From Ktedonobacteria bacterium (lineage in GTDB: Bacteria > Chloroflexota > Ktedonobacteria > Ktedonobacterales > JACDGC01), in NCBI GenBank assembly GCA_027459525.1, contig DAIDIC010000210.1, positions 12,326-76,325 on the forward strand: 64,000 bases of DNA. The letters run 5' to 3'. The notes under the pieces were generated by a model. The model saw only the letters and a list, made by a program, of their open reading frames with translations, was not told where the DNA came from and did not search any database. Below, in pieces: positions 1-9,973 of this stretch. Within the stretch, counting starts at the first letter, position 1, and every line of letters starts with the position of its first letter. Position numbers and translations under genes: made by a program.

Positions 1-421
1 GGTTTACTGCGGCCAATGTAGCGTCTACCGCAGGACCCAAAGAGCAGCACCCATGGCTGTCGGGTGGCGATACTTGGATAAACGCAACATCAATGGCCAT
101 TTCGCCGCCGTGGCGAAACGTTGCCGGAACATCCGAAAGGAATATGGGGGTATACGTTCCCCGCCCAGAATTAATTGCCTGCCGCGTGTTATCGCTCACA
201 AATATAGCTCGCAGCAAAAAATGCCCCGCCCACTGAGGATCGGTATATGGGGTTGGGCCATAGGTGTGCAAATGCACAATTTCTACATTTTCCAATTCTT
301 GGCCGCGCGCCGTTAAAGCTTGCAGCAACGGAGTCGGCGTTACAGCAAACCCCTGTACATATACTCTATTACCCGATTGAACAACACGAACCGCTTCTTC
401 GGCTGTGCACCATGTCGTCAT
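1..421 (-). CDS. Acetyl-CoA hydrolase/transferase family protein (4-hydroxybutyrate CoA-transferase-like), N-terminal part; ORF runs off the left window edge
   Basis: Own translation of the minus strand from ATG 421-419: MTTWCTAEEAVRVVQSGNRVYVQGFAVTPTPLLQALTARGQELENVEIVHLHTYGPTPY..., open to position 1. The pattern is typical of this CoA-transferase family N-terminus. It is missing from the ORF track because there is no stop in the window. GAAAGG lies upstream. Confidence 0.6.
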   Translation of the reverse strand, partial: MTTWCTAEEAVRVVQSGNRVYVQGFAVTPTPLLQALTARGQELENVEIVHLHTYGPTPYTDPQWAGHFLLRAIFVSDNTRQAINSGRGTYTPIFLSDVPATFRHGGEMAIDVAFIQVSPPDSHGCCSLGPAVDATLAAVN

Positions 422-690
422 AAAAAGAACCTTTCTGCTTATAAACCAGCCCAGTACTCAAAAAAAATTTTTACTTACATATCTGCTACTCACATTGTAT
501 CCCTCACCACATTTATTGTATCTGATCTATATCACATAATATTAATTTTGTGAGTTAACTGAGAGACAGCATGACAAATTCTGCAGGGTCATGTTATAAT
601 ACCTGCAAAATACCCATTTCCGGCAATCGTCTAAGCGGTTGTCTGTTATTTTTATCGGGAAAATTACCCATTTAAATCAGATCAGTATAG

Positions 691-828
691 TAGGACTTTC
701 GCTTGAAAGAACAGCATATGTTTCTCGTATTTGAAGCAGAAGGGGGCTGGGGACACCCCAGAACCGCGTACAAGGGACGACTGCCCCGTATACATCCCTC
801 GATTTTCCCTGCTGAAGCGAAAGTCCTG
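691..828 (+). mobile_element. MITE-like structured repeat, copy 1 (orientation defined here as forward)
   Basis: T-AGGACTTTCGCTT...AAGCGAAAGTCCT-G with a 13-bp terminal inverted repeat. Flanked by a perfect 5-bp direct repeat TATAG (686-690 / 829-833). Its interior is the most diverged of the full copies. Confidence 0.85.
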
Positions 829-856
829 TATAGTATTTATTTATCAAGGAAACATC

Positions 857-1831
857 ATGAATAATCCAACACCAAATGCGCAATCCGTCTTTGAATGGGC
901 GCAAAAAATCCGCGAAAATATCGGCAAAGTTATCGTTGGCAAACAAGAAGTTATCGATCTGCTGCTCGCCGCCATGCTGAGCAATGGACATGTCCTTATA
1001 AATGATTATCCGGGCAGCGGAAAAACAATGCTGGCAAAATCATTGGCGAAATCACTGGGAATGCAGTTTCAGCGTATCCAAGGCACACCTGATTTATTGC
1101 CAACCGATGTCACCGGCGTAAGCTATTATGACCAAAAACAAAATAACTTCATTTTTAGAAACGGTCCAATATTTACCCAACTGCTGCTTTTTGATGAAAT
1201 TAACCGCGCAACCCCTCGCACGCAATCTGCGCTGCTGGAAGCAATGGCAGAAATGCAAGTGACGGTAGACAGAGACACAATGCGGCTGCCCGAGCCATTT
1301 ATGGCCATTGCCACACAAAACCCTGTAGAAATGGAAGGCACATTTCCGCTGCCGGAAGCGCAGTTAGATAGATTTATTATCAGCGCGCAAATGGGGTATC
1401 CGGAAGAAGAAGAAGAATTGTTTATGACACGCCGGTTCAAAACAGAAGAGCCGTTGGAAACAATTGAAGCGGTTTCCTTCTCCGACGATATTATGCGCAT
1501 GCAGCAAAAGATTAGAACCGCTATTTGGGCGCCGGATGTTGAACGCTATTTAGTTGCAATCATCCGCGGAACACGCAATCACCCGCTGATTGAATTAGGA
1601 GCCAGCCCGCGCGCAACCCTTGCGCTGTATCGCATGTGCGAAGCATGGGCTTTTATGAATGGCAGAATATTTGTAGAGCCTGATGATGTAAAAAAAATGG
1701 CGGCGCCAGTGCTTGCGCATCGGCTGATTATGAAAAGCAGCATCCGCCGAAGAACTTCCGGCGCAAAAGATGTTATCACCGAAATCATCGCGTCGGTTAT
1801 TGCGCCAGTTGAATTTACCAAAGGCCGCTGA
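857..1831 (+). CDS. moxR: MoxR-family AAA+ ATPase
   Basis: Walker A YPGSGKTMLAKSLA, Walker B LLLFDEINRA, AAA_3/MoxR-like layout. Start moved to ATG 857 (MNNPTPN, AAGGA upstream) because 731-856 of the track ORF lies over the repeat element. Confidence 0.9.
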   Translation: MNNPTPNAQSVFEWAQKIRENIGKVIVGKQEVIDLLLAAMLSNGHVLINDYPGSGKTMLAKSLAKSLGMQFQRIQGTPDLLPTDVTGVSYYDQKQNNFIFRNGPIFTQLLLFDEINRATPRTQSALLEAMAEMQVTVDRDTMRLPEPFMAIATQNPVEMEGTFPLPEAQLDRFIISAQMGYPEEEEELFMTRRFKTEEPLETIEAVSFSDDIMRMQQKIRTAIWAPDVERYLVAIIRGTRNHPLIELGASPRATLALYRMCEAWAFMNGRIFVEPDDVKKMAAPVLAHRLIMKSSIRRRTSGAKDVITEIIASVIAPVEFTKGR

Positions 1832-1836
1832 TTCCT

Positions 1837-3180
1837 ATGGATTATAATATTGGCAAATTCCGAACCGAAAAAGACGCGATTGCTTTTATCGGATGGTTTA
1901 TATTTGCAGGAACACTTACTCTATTGGCGGCAAGCAGCAAAAATGGCCTATTCCTGTTGCTTGCCCTATTTGCGGCCTTTATTGGCGGCGCGCTTGAATT
2001 ATGGCATAGGCTTGGCTTTCGAGGTGTTAGCGTAAAGCAGCAGACTATCCCTGCGCGCGTTACTATCGGGGAAGATTTTATGCTGGAAATTGCTGTAGAA
2101 AATCGGAAACGGCTGCCAATGCCATGGATAGAAGTTACCTGTGAAATATCCGCAGATATACCATTATCAAAATATATTGCGCAATCTTCCTATAAAGCCG
2201 GAAAACTGGATTTAATCAGCGCATTTTCCCTCTGGTCTATGGATCGAATCCGCCGTAAATTTTTGTTTCACGCAACAAAACGAGGATATTTTATCTTTGG
2301 CCCGGTAACAGTTCGCATGAGTGACCCTTTCGGGTGGAAAGTCCGTGAAATTCGTCTGCTGCGAAGCGCCAACGCAGGCATTATCATCTATCCTAAAGTT
2401 ATGGATATAGGGCGGTTTGGTCTGCCTGCCCACAGTCTGCTTGGCGAAATGAAACCGTTTCGACATTTTCTTGAAGATCCGCTGAAAGTAATGGGAGTGC
2501 GGGAATACATTATTGGCGATGACCCGCGCCGCATTCATTGGAAAAATACCGCGAAGGCCGGCGCGCTCCGCAGCAAAATATACGATTCCAGCAACAAAGT
2601 AGATTTGCTGATTGCTTTAAATATAAACACCTATCCACAAATTGCAATGGGACACGACGAAAATTTATTAGAGCTTTCCATAACATTTGCCGCATCTATA
2701 TCTGAATGGGCATTGGAACAAAAACATTCCGTTGGGTTGCTTGCCAACTGCCTGTTACAATCTATACAACATGTTATTACGGCAGAGAATTCGCTGGCGG
2801 ATGAACCGCTCACGAAAAACGCTGATACCCGCTTAACCTACGTGCCAATTGGCAGAAATGCTGTACAAGGTGAACGCATGCTGAATGCGCTGGCTAGGCT
2901 GCTGACTGTTTGGGGATCTTCTATGCAGCAGCGATTGGAAAATATACAAAGTGAACTGCCAATCGGCGCTACTATTTTGTATGTTGGCGCAATTCGCGCT
3001 TTAAATGACGAAATTATGGCGCAGCTTCTTGCCATGCAACACGCCGGTATGGGAATAATTTTAGCGGTAACCGGCGAACCAAACGAGGAAATACAAGTAT
3101 ATACTGGCTCTATTCCCATTTTTCATATCGGCGGAACGGAGCTTTGGAACATGATAAACGGAAAATCTGATGAAACATAA
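1837..3180 (+). CDS. DUF58 domain protein (usual MoxR partner)
   Basis: N-terminal TM pair and the RRIHWKNTAKAGALRSKIYD motif typical of DUF58. Starts 5 nt after moxR. Confidence 0.8.
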   Translation: MDYNIGKFRTEKDAIAFIGWFIFAGTLTLLAASSKNGLFLLLALFAAFIGGALELWHRLGFRGVSVKQQTIPARVTIGEDFMLEIAVENRKRLPMPWIEVTCEISADIPLSKYIAQSSYKAGKLDLISAFSLWSMDRIRRKFLFHATKRGYFIFGPVTVRMSDPFGWKVREIRLLRSANAGIIIYPKVMDIGRFGLPAHSLLGEMKPFRHFLEDPLKVMGVREYIIGDDPRRIHWKNTAKAGALRSKIYDSSNKVDLLIALNINTYPQIAMGHDENLLELSITFAASISEWALEQKHSVGLLANCLLQSIQHVITAENSLADEPLTKNADTRLTYVPIGRNAVQGERMLNALARLLTVWGSSMQQRLENIQSELPIGATILYVGAIRALNDEIMAQLLAMQHAGMGIILAVTGEPNEEIQVYTGSIPIFHIGGTELWNMINGKSDET

Positions 3181-4576
3181 TACTATAACTGCCGTTATCC
3201 GGATAGACACCATCCTAATACCGATTACACAAAGCTTAATGGAATCGGCGCAAATCATCGTCGTCTTTGCCGTACTTGCGCAAGTTTTTGCAAACACATA
3301 TACAGGTTCGCCATTTGCTTTGCCATCATTTTTTGCCATTAATCTGGGACAAATATGGGTTTTGCAGTGGATCTATTCACGAAACGGCCGCGAACAAAAA
3401 TATACCCGCTTCTTTGAGGTCATAGTATATATTGCAGTATTTTTGCTGCTCTCCGCTGCCAGTTTAAATGCAGTTTTCACTGATTATTTTTGGCTTAAAG
3501 AGTTTATTATTGCGCTGACTGTTGCTATTTTATGGCGGACACATATTATCAGCGGCGGTAAAAAACACACTGCTGCTCAGCAAACTACATTTCTTATAGG
3601 ATTTGGCGCATTTGTTTTTGCAACAATCGTAGCAGGATTCAACGGCATACAACTCACAAACTTTATTTTGCAATTATTTCCGATTTTTGCTTTAAGCGGC
3701 TTAATAACAATATCGCTTACGCGGTTGACAATATTGCAAAAAAAACTTATCAACAGATCTGCCGCCGAACAAAGTCTAACCATGCGCTGGCTGCTGTTAA
3801 CATCGCTTATCAGTTTAGCTTTGCTGATACTATCTTTATTATTCGATTCCCTCATCTCAATAAATATGTTGGATGCGGTAACCTCATTTTTTATGCCTTT
3901 ATGGGATGTTATTGGTGTTTTTGCTTTGGTTATTGGGATAGTTTTAGCGTTCAGTGTAGAAATTATTTTTTATCCGGTGCGCTGGGTTATCTATTTCTTA
4001 GAGTCACTTTTACATAAAGGAAATCAACAGATTACACCTCCGTCTGGGATACAATTAAAATCTATCCCAGACGTTGTATCGTCTCAGCAAACTATTACCC
4101 TCATTCAATATATATTGATAGCGTTACTGGCAATGCTTACAATATATATTGTACTTCGCATTCTTAAAACAACATTTAATAGAACTTCCACAGCAGATTA
4201 TGAAGATATTCATGAACATCTTGCGATTTCTTCGGAAACTTCTAAAAAATATGGTCTCTATTGGCCATATGATTCCACCAAAATTGATGAATCTTCTGTA
4301 AGAGCGCGTTACCGTGAATTGCTGGAATATATTCAGAAAAAGCATCCGCGGCTGGCGCGAAACATGGCGGAAACTCCTTTGGAATATAAACGAAGATTAC
4401 AAGCGACACTGAATAAAGAGGAAGAACCGGCGAGAAGCGCAACACAAGCGGCGCTGCAAGCATTAACCAACGCCTACCGGCAAGAGCGCTATGGCAAGCT
4501 GACAGCAGACGACACACAAAAGAAAAACGCGCGCGCATGGGCAAAACAGGTTACGGAGCATTTTCCCACAATATAG
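3170..4576 (+). CDS. Polytopic membrane protein with a C-terminal DUF4129-like domain (third member of the MoxR/DUF58 triad)
   Basis: Many hydrophobic segments. C-terminal ETPLEYKRRL...LTNAYRQERYGK resembles DUF4129. Overlaps the DUF58 gene by 11 nt. No obvious transglutaminase Cys-His-Asp core seen. Confidence 0.6.
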   Translation: MKHNTITAVIRIDTILIPITQSLMESAQIIVVFAVLAQVFANTYTGSPFALPSFFAINLGQIWVLQWIYSRNGREQKYTRFFEVIVYIAVFLLLSAASLNAVFTDYFWLKEFIIALTVAILWRTHIISGGKKHTAAQQTTFLIGFGAFVFATIVAGFNGIQLTNFILQLFPIFALSGLITISLTRLTILQKKLINRSAAEQSLTMRWLLLTSLISLALLILSLLFDSLISINMLDAVTSFFMPLWDVIGVFALVIGIVLAFSVEIIFYPVRWVIYFLESLLHKGNQQITPPSGIQLKSIPDVVSSQQTITLIQYILIALLAMLTIYIVLRILKTTFNRTSTADYEDIHEHLAISSETSKKYGLYWPYDSTKIDESSVRARYRELLEYIQKKHPRLARNMAETPLEYKRRLQATLNKEEEPARSATQAALQALTNAYRQERYGKLTADDTQKKNARAWAKQVTEHFPTI

Positions 4577-4597
4577 GCAGCAACGGTGTATGCAACG

Positions 4598-5446
4598 TTA
4601 TGATTGCATGGCAGTCAGCAATCGCTGCATATTCAGCCCTAGCGCAGCCTCTTGTGCGGCAGTTTCTAATGCGGCGGATCGCAAATATGCCAGCATTTTT
4701 TTCTGGCTGATTACCGCATAGTCGCTGCCCCAAACAATATGCTCAGGGGAAACTCCACAATGTAACGCCGCAGAAAAAATGGCGGAATCGTATAAATACG
4801 CCGACGCGGCGCAGTCGTACCAGCAATGTTGCGCAATTGCTTGAATTTCCGGCATAAGATGATAGAAGGGCAAGCCACCGCCCCAATGGGCAGCAATAAC
4901 CATATTTTCGGGGAAAGCCGCCAAAAAAGCTGCCAGTTCCTGCGGAAAAACCTGCTCTTTACCTGCGTATATATGGCCAACCGGCTCACTCGTGTGCGTT
5001 AAAATAATAAGTTTGCGTTCACGCGCAACCTCAGCCAACGGGCGCAGCAAATCGCTGTCACTCAGCGCATACTGCTGGCCTGCCGGCATAAGTTCGCCAA
5101 CGCCGCGAAACCCCATACCGGCGCAGCGCTCAACTTCTTGCGCGCAGCCTTTTGCAGTTGGATTTACAGAAGCAAACGCTGTCAATCGAGAAGGATATTT
5201 TTGAATAGAATCTGCCAGATAATCATTCGTTAAGCGGATTAAGCCAGTATCTTTCCAGGCAAACCCGCATATAACCGATATATCTATGCCGTTGCGATCC
5301 ATAGAAGCAATAAGATCTTCTGCAGAAGCCAGCCGCGCCTTTGGGTTAGCATATAGCTCGGCAAACCAACTGTCTTTCTGCAAAAATAGCGCTTTCCCTG
5401 CAGAAACTTCCGGAGGGAAAATATGTGTATGAGCGTCAATTATCAC
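4598..5446 (-). CDS. Amidohydrolase-2 / TIM-barrel metal-dependent hydrolase
   Basis: MIIDAHTHIFPPEV N-terminal metal-binding HxH, later HWGGG and WGSDY motifs. Starts 6 nt after the livF stop, so it is the last gene of the liv operon. Confidence 0.75.
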   Translation of the reverse strand: MIIDAHTHIFPPEVSAGKALFLQKDSWFAELYANPKARLASAEDLIASMDRNGIDISVICGFAWKDTGLIRLTNDYLADSIQKYPSRLTAFASVNPTAKGCAQEVERCAGMGFRGVGELMPAGQQYALSDSDLLRPLAEVARERKLIILTHTSEPVGHIYAGKEQVFPQELAAFLAAFPENMVIAAHWGGGLPFYHLMPEIQAIAQHCWYDCAASAYLYDSAIFSAALHCGVSPEHIVWGSDYAVISQKKMLAYLRSAALETAAQEAALGLNMQRLLTAMQS

Positions 5447-5452
5447 GTTGCA

Positions 5453-6157
5453 TTAACCGCCAAGATACGCTGCCCGCACAGTGTCGTTTTTCAGCAGATT
5501 TTGCGCAGTGTCTTCCATTATAATTTTGCCTGATTGCAAAACATAGCCTCTGTCAGCGTTACTCAGCGCCATAAAAGCATTTTGCTCCACCAAAAATATC
5601 GTCACACCATCTTGCCGTATTTTATGTATTGTATCAAACACAGTTTGCACCAAAATCGGCGAAAGCCCCAGCGAAGGCTCATCTAAGCACAATAATTGCG
5701 GCCGCGCCATCAAAGCGCGCCCAATTGCCAGCATTTGCTGCTCCCCGCCAGACATGGTGCCGGAAATTTGTTTGTCGCGCTCTTTCAGTCGGGGAAACAG
5801 CGCATACACTTTATCAATATCTTCAGCAACCTGCGTGGTGTTGGTAAACATAAATGCGCCCATTTCCAAATTTTCACGCACCGTCATGCGAGAAAAAACG
5901 CGGCGTCCTTCAGGCGAGAGGATGATACCTTTTTTAATAATTTGATCAGTTTTCAAGGTATCTATCCGCTCACCCTTAAACATTACCTTGCCATCTTTCG
6001 GTTTTACCAAACCAAAAATTGTTTTCATGGTAGTGGTTTTACCGGCGGCGTTTGCGCCGAGCAAGCAAACTATTTCACCTTGGTTTACTTTCACGGTCAT
6101 ATCCTGCAACACATGGCTGGGGCCATAAAATGTATTAATATTCTGCAATTCTAGCAT
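5453..6157 (-). CDS. livF: Branched-chain-amino-acid-type ABC transporter, ATP-binding protein LivF
   Basis: Walker A GANAAGKTT, signature MSGGEQQMLAIGRAL, Walker B LLCLDEPS. Start placed at MLELQNINTFYGP (ATG 6157), just after the livG stop. Confidence 0.9.
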   Translation of the reverse strand: MLELQNINTFYGPSHVLQDMTVKVNQGEIVCLLGANAAGKTTTMKTIFGLVKPKDGKVMFKGERIDTLKTDQIIKKGIILSPEGRRVFSRMTVRENLEMGAFMFTNTTQVAEDIDKVYALFPRLKERDKQISGTMSGGEQQMLAIGRALMARPQLLCLDEPSLGLSPILVQTVFDTIHKIRQDGVTIFLVEQNAFMALSNADRGYVLQSGKIIMEDTAQNLLKNDTVRAAYLGG

Positions 6158-6161
6158 ACTT

Positions 6162-6962
6162 TTAAGCGCCTTCAACTTTCCGTCCAAGATATGCCTCAAT
6201 AACCAAATCATTATGCTGAATTTCTGCGGGAAGCCCTTCGGCAATCTTTCTCCCATAATCCAATACAGCTATCCTATCAGAAATGCCCATAGTTACCTGC
6301 AATTTGTGTTCAATCAGCAAAATGGTTAAATCAAATTCCTGCCGTAATCGTTGAATATATTTTATTGCTTCCGCCGTTTCGGCGTCATTCATACCGGCAG
6401 TTGGTTCATCCAGCAGCAGCAGCTTGGGCCGTGACCCTAACGCGCGAACAATTTCTAAGCGTCGGCGAAACGCATACGCCAAATTAGCCGCATACTCTTC
6501 TTTGCGAAATACCAATTCGGAGCCAAAAAAGGATAATAATTGTAAGGCGCGATTGTGGGCTTTTTTTTCTGCGGCGCGGTAATTCGGCAGCCGAAAGGTT
6601 ACGGAAAACAGATCACTGGGGATGAAAGGATGCTGGCCAACCATAGCATTTTCCATAATGGTCATATTATTAAACAGGCGGATATTTTGAAATGTACGCG
6701 CTATACCACGGCGCAAAACCCTATCCGGCGAAAGATTTTTTAATGAAGATCCATTAAAAATAATTTCTCCGGATGTAGGCTGGTAGATACCTGTTATCAG
6801 ATTAAATACCGTCGTTTTTCCGGCGCCATTCGGGCCGATAATACTGAAGATTTCACCTTTTCGAACTTCCAAATCTATGGAATCCACTGCGGTCAGTCCG
6901 CCAAAACTTTTGGTAACATGCTTCAGTTGTAAAAGCACTTCTCCCTTTGATGTTCCAGCCAT
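6162..6962 (-). CDS. livG: Branched-chain-amino-acid-type ABC transporter, ATP-binding protein LivG
   Basis: Walker A GPNGAGKTT, Walker B LLLLDEPTAGMN, LivG-like C-terminal extension. Confidence 0.9.
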   Translation of the reverse strand: MAGTSKGEVLLQLKHVTKSFGGLTAVDSIDLEVRKGEIFSIIGPNGAGKTTVFNLITGIYQPTSGEIIFNGSSLKNLSPDRVLRRGIARTFQNIRLFNNMTIMENAMVGQHPFIPSDLFSVTFRLPNYRAAEKKAHNRALQLLSFFGSELVFRKEEYAANLAYAFRRRLEIVRALGSRPKLLLLDEPTAGMNDAETAEAIKYIQRLRQEFDLTILLIEHKLQVTMGISDRIAVLDYGRKIAEGLPAEIQHNDLVIEAYLGRKVEGA

Positions 6963-8288
6963 TTATATATCTCCCAAGCCTTCAACAGAATCCGGAGGAG
7001 CGGAAGCGCCTGATTCTTCACGCTCTATTTCTCCAACTACAGATAATTCTTCAGGGGCAAGACCAACACCCTGTAGCTCTAGCTGCCGGCGTTTATTGGG
7101 AACGATTCCCTGTGGCCTTAGTATAATCATTAACAGCAGAATCAAACCAAAAATTAAAAATTTGGTCGTGTTCAAATTGAAGCTAACCAAAAAGTGAAAT
7201 GGATTAGCGGGGTTAGCCAGCGCAATATTTGTTTGTAGCATAGTGCTGATAGTTGATATAACATAGACATCAATAAAGCGTAATAAAATGGCGCCAAGTA
7301 TAACACCGGGTATACTGCCGATGCCGCCAAGCACAATCATAATCAGCACAGATATAGACACCTGGAACGAAAACTGATCGTAGCTGATACTGGATGTCAT
7401 AACACCGTTAAATACACCGCCGATACCGCCGATAGCCGCGCCTAAACCAAACGCCATCAGCTTAATACGCACCAAATTTACACCGGACGCCGAAGCGGCA
7501 AGTTCATCTTCGCGGATTGCAATCCAGGCTCTGCCAATACTCGAATTGCGCAATAAAATATTAAACATAACAATCAATATAATGACTGCCAATGTTAAAT
7601 AATAAAACGCCGAAAAATCCAGCGGGTTGCCAAAATCTACTTGGCCAAATGGGGTGTTAATAACCGGAGCGGGAGGCACCTGAAACCCTAATGCGCCATA
7701 AAAAAACGGCACATCTTTAATGACAATCGGCACAATTTCACCAAAACCCAGCGTTACAATTGCCAAATAATCTCCGCGCAGCCGCAATGTCGGCGCTCCA
7801 AGCAGCACACCCATAAAGCCGGCAATAAGCGCCGCCAGCGGAATAGCCGCCCAAAAAGAAATCGCCGGAATCGTTACAACTTGGCTGTGGATATTGCGGA
7901 TAATGCCGCTGGTGGCAAACGCAACAGTATAAGAACCGATGACAAAAAACGCCACATATCCCAAATCCAGCAGGCCGGCATACCCCACCACAATATTTAA
8001 ACCCAGCGCCAACATAACATATATGCCGCACAAAATAGCGTCTAACAACAACACATTAGGGGCAAAATACGTTGGATCCAGAAAATTAGACGATAAACTG
8101 AGGAGCTGCGGCAAAAACAGCGCAACAAGCCCCCAAAAAATTCCGGCGCGCCAACCGGTTAGATACCAACTGAGTGAACGATTCAAAAATTTTGTATTAT
8201 TAAGAAAATCACCGATTTTTTTGCCTAAACCAAGCGATTTCAATGGGTTTTGCATTTTCTGCTGAAAATGAGAAGGTGAAGCAGACAT
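6963..8288 (-). CDS. livM: Branched-chain-amino-acid-type ABC transporter permease LivM
   Basis: Polytopic protein. LivM-like GYAGLLDLGYVAFF and GAPTLRLRGDYLAIVTLGFGE motifs. Abuts livG. Confidence 0.9.
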   Translation of the reverse strand: MSASPSHFQQKMQNPLKSLGLGKKIGDFLNNTKFLNRSLSWYLTGWRAGIFWGLVALFLPQLLSLSSNFLDPTYFAPNVLLLDAILCGIYVMLALGLNIVVGYAGLLDLGYVAFFVIGSYTVAFATSGIIRNIHSQVVTIPAISFWAAIPLAALIAGFMGVLLGAPTLRLRGDYLAIVTLGFGEIVPIVIKDVPFFYGALGFQVPPAPVINTPFGQVDFGNPLDFSAFYYLTLAVIILIVMFNILLRNSSIGRAWIAIREDELAASASGVNLVRIKLMAFGLGAAIGGIGGVFNGVMTSSISYDQFSFQVSISVLIMIVLGGIGSIPGVILGAILLRFIDVYVISTISTMLQTNIALANPANPFHFLVSFNLNTTKFLIFGLILLLMIILRPQGIVPNKRRQLELQGVGLAPEELSVVGEIEREESGASAPPDSVEGLGDI

Positions 8289-8304
8289 TGCGTAATACTT
8301 CCTT

Positions 8305-9246
8305 TCAAACCTTATCCGGTACTTGTTGCCCCAGCAGCCCGGATGGACGCAAGGCTAACACCAGAACCAAAATAGCAAAAACGACAGCGTCACTCAGATC
8401 GCTGCCATTCGGCAGATAATTTGTAGCTAAGGCTTTAATGACGCCAATAAGAAAACCGCCGGCCATAGCTCCGGTAATATTTCCGATACCGCCTAACACC
8501 GCCGCAGTAAATGCAATCAGACCGAGTTCAAACCCAACATTATAGGCATATACAGGAATCACAAGGCTGTAAAAAACTCCGGCAACCCCAGCCAACACAC
8601 CACCCACAAGAAACGCAAACGATATCGTTTGGTTAATATCCACACCCATCAGCGCCGCAGCTTCGGGATCTTGCGCAGTAGCGCGCATTGCCTTACCCAT
8701 TTTAGTCGACCGCACCAACATATTTAGACCATACATTAAGCCAACGGTTAAAACCACGACAACTACATCAATATATTGAATAGTTACATCTCCCAAAACG
8801 ATACCACCGTTTGGAAAAAAGTCTGGGTAAGAAATACCGGAAGCGCCAAGCCATAATTCTGCAATGTTTTCCAAAATAAATGAAACGCCAATAGCCGCAA
8901 TAAGCGGCGCAAGGCGAGGAGCTTTTCGAAGCGGACGATAAGCCAGCCGTTCAATAACGACGTTTAGGGTTCCCGAAACGACCGCGCCAATAACAATCAT
9001 CAATAACAGCAGGCCGATAAGGGTAAACCCATACACTGCAGTGGAAACATGCATAGAATTCAGCACAACCAACGTAATAGCGGTACTCCACATAAAGACA
9101 TCGCCATGCGCAAAATTGATCAATTCTACAATCCCATACACAATAGTGTACCCAAGGGCAACCAAAGCGTAAACCGCGCCTAAAGTTATGCCATTGACCA
9201 TTGTTTGTATGAATATACCCGATGAAGTTGAGGCAAGGACAATCAT
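8305..9246 (-). CDS. livH: Branched-chain-amino-acid-type ABC transporter permease LivH
   Basis: LivH-like INFAHGDVFM motif, polytopic. Confidence 0.9.
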   Translation of the reverse strand: MIVLASTSSGIFIQTMVNGITLGAVYALVALGYTIVYGIVELINFAHGDVFMWSTAITLVVLNSMHVSTAVYGFTLIGLLLLMIVIGAVVSGTLNVVIERLAYRPLRKAPRLAPLIAAIGVSFILENIAELWLGASGISYPDFFPNGGIVLGDVTIQYIDVVVVVLTVGLMYGLNMLVRSTKMGKAMRATAQDPEAAALMGVDINQTISFAFLVGGVLAGVAGVFYSLVIPVYAYNVGFELGLIAFTAAVLGGIGNITGAMAGGFLIGVIKALATNYLPNGSDLSDAVVFAILVLVLALRPSGLLGQQVPDKV

Positions 9247-9519
9247 ATCTACTCCCTGTCTAATTATAAGTTTTTAAAGCAATCGCTATTACCCATTGAA
9301 AGTATTTTTCACTTGTTTTACGGTGAAACAGCCAACAAACGCAAACATCTGTAAATGATTGCCGTTTCTAGAGTATTTTTGCTTTCTCAACACCAGCAAA
9401 TGATTTAACGAAAGATACATTGCTTTGCATAAGATGAATCTTATATTAAGATTGAGTATGCCTGATTTTAAAATATTCGTCAAGATACCTGCCATTTCAA
9501 AAAACCAAAATATCTTTTT

Positions 9520-9657
9520 TAGGACTTTCGCTTGAAAGAGCAGCGCATGGTTTCTCGTATCTGCAACAAAAGGAAATCTGGGGCCACCCCAGAACCCCGT
9601 ACAAGGGGATCCGCCCCTTGTACATCCCCGATTTTCCATGCTGCAGCAAAAGTCCTG
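9520..9657 (+). mobile_element. MITE-like structured repeat, copy 2 (forward)
   Basis: Full-length copy close to the consensus. Flanks TTTTT / TTCTT (4 of 5 identical). Lies between livK and livH, antisense to the operon. Confidence 0.85.
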
Positions 9658-9816
9658 TTCTTATATCTGTGTGGTCTTTGACACGCGCCAAACACGTACC
9701 ACATTCATATATTCATTGAATAATTTACCAATACATTGGTTTTCTTATTGATGCTGACAAAGCAAACGCCACAGCGCAAAAATATATTTCCGCAATTATG
9801 TCGCTGTAGCAAAGCA

Positions 9817-9854
9817 GCGCTTTCACTGAATTGAGATAGTGCAGGTGAAAGCGC
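9817..9854. other. Perfect 10-bp hairpin, possible IS200/IS605-type subterminal end structure
   Basis: GCGCTTTCAC (9817-9826) pairs with GTGAAAGCGC (9845-9854), 18-nt loop. Lies downstream (minus-strand sense) of the TnpB relic. Confidence 0.35.
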
Positions 9855-9973
9855 CGCTACTCAGTATGCTAAACGCCATACAGCGTTAAGCGCCATATAG
9901 TATCCTTTAGTATGGACAAATATGCCCAAGGTTAGGTTCGCCTTATTGAAGGGCAGGCTGACTACAACAGCCA

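Noticed and set aside
53-553. Plus-strand ORFs 53-316 and 320-553.
   Set aside because: They are antisense to, or immediately upstream of, the clearly recognisable CoA-transferase N-terminus on the minus strand. Their composition is odd (W/R/C-rich) and no RBS is present.
692-827. Possible self-cleaving ribozyme or RNase P-like motif in the repeat (CUGAAGCGAAAGUCC resembles the hammerhead CUGAUGA...GAAA, and GAAAGUCC resembles RNase P CR-I).
   Set aside because: The CUGA is not conserved (most copies read CUGCAG). There is no stem II between the boxes and no matching cleavage-site helix. The RNase P resemblance is only 8 nt and the element is far too short.
731-856. N-terminal 42-codon extension of the MoxR ORF in the track.
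   Set aside because: It lies over MITE copy 1. ATG 857 gives a normal MoxR N-terminus with an AAGGA RBS.
677-991. Track ORFs running through the repeat copies. These are 677-991(-), 9289-9704(-) group, 15548-15832(+), 15557-15754(-), 25013-25404 group, 28045-28295 group and 55858-56087 group. They give recurring peptides such as FAAAWNIGDVQGAPPLVRGSGV.
   Set aside because: The similarity is at the DNA level. The open frame differs between copies and is broken by indels (copy 5 shifts frame, copy 6 is open in another frame). There are no consistent starts or RBS, and the ORFs spill into unrelated flanks. These are stop-poor GC-rich repeat sequence, not a gene family.
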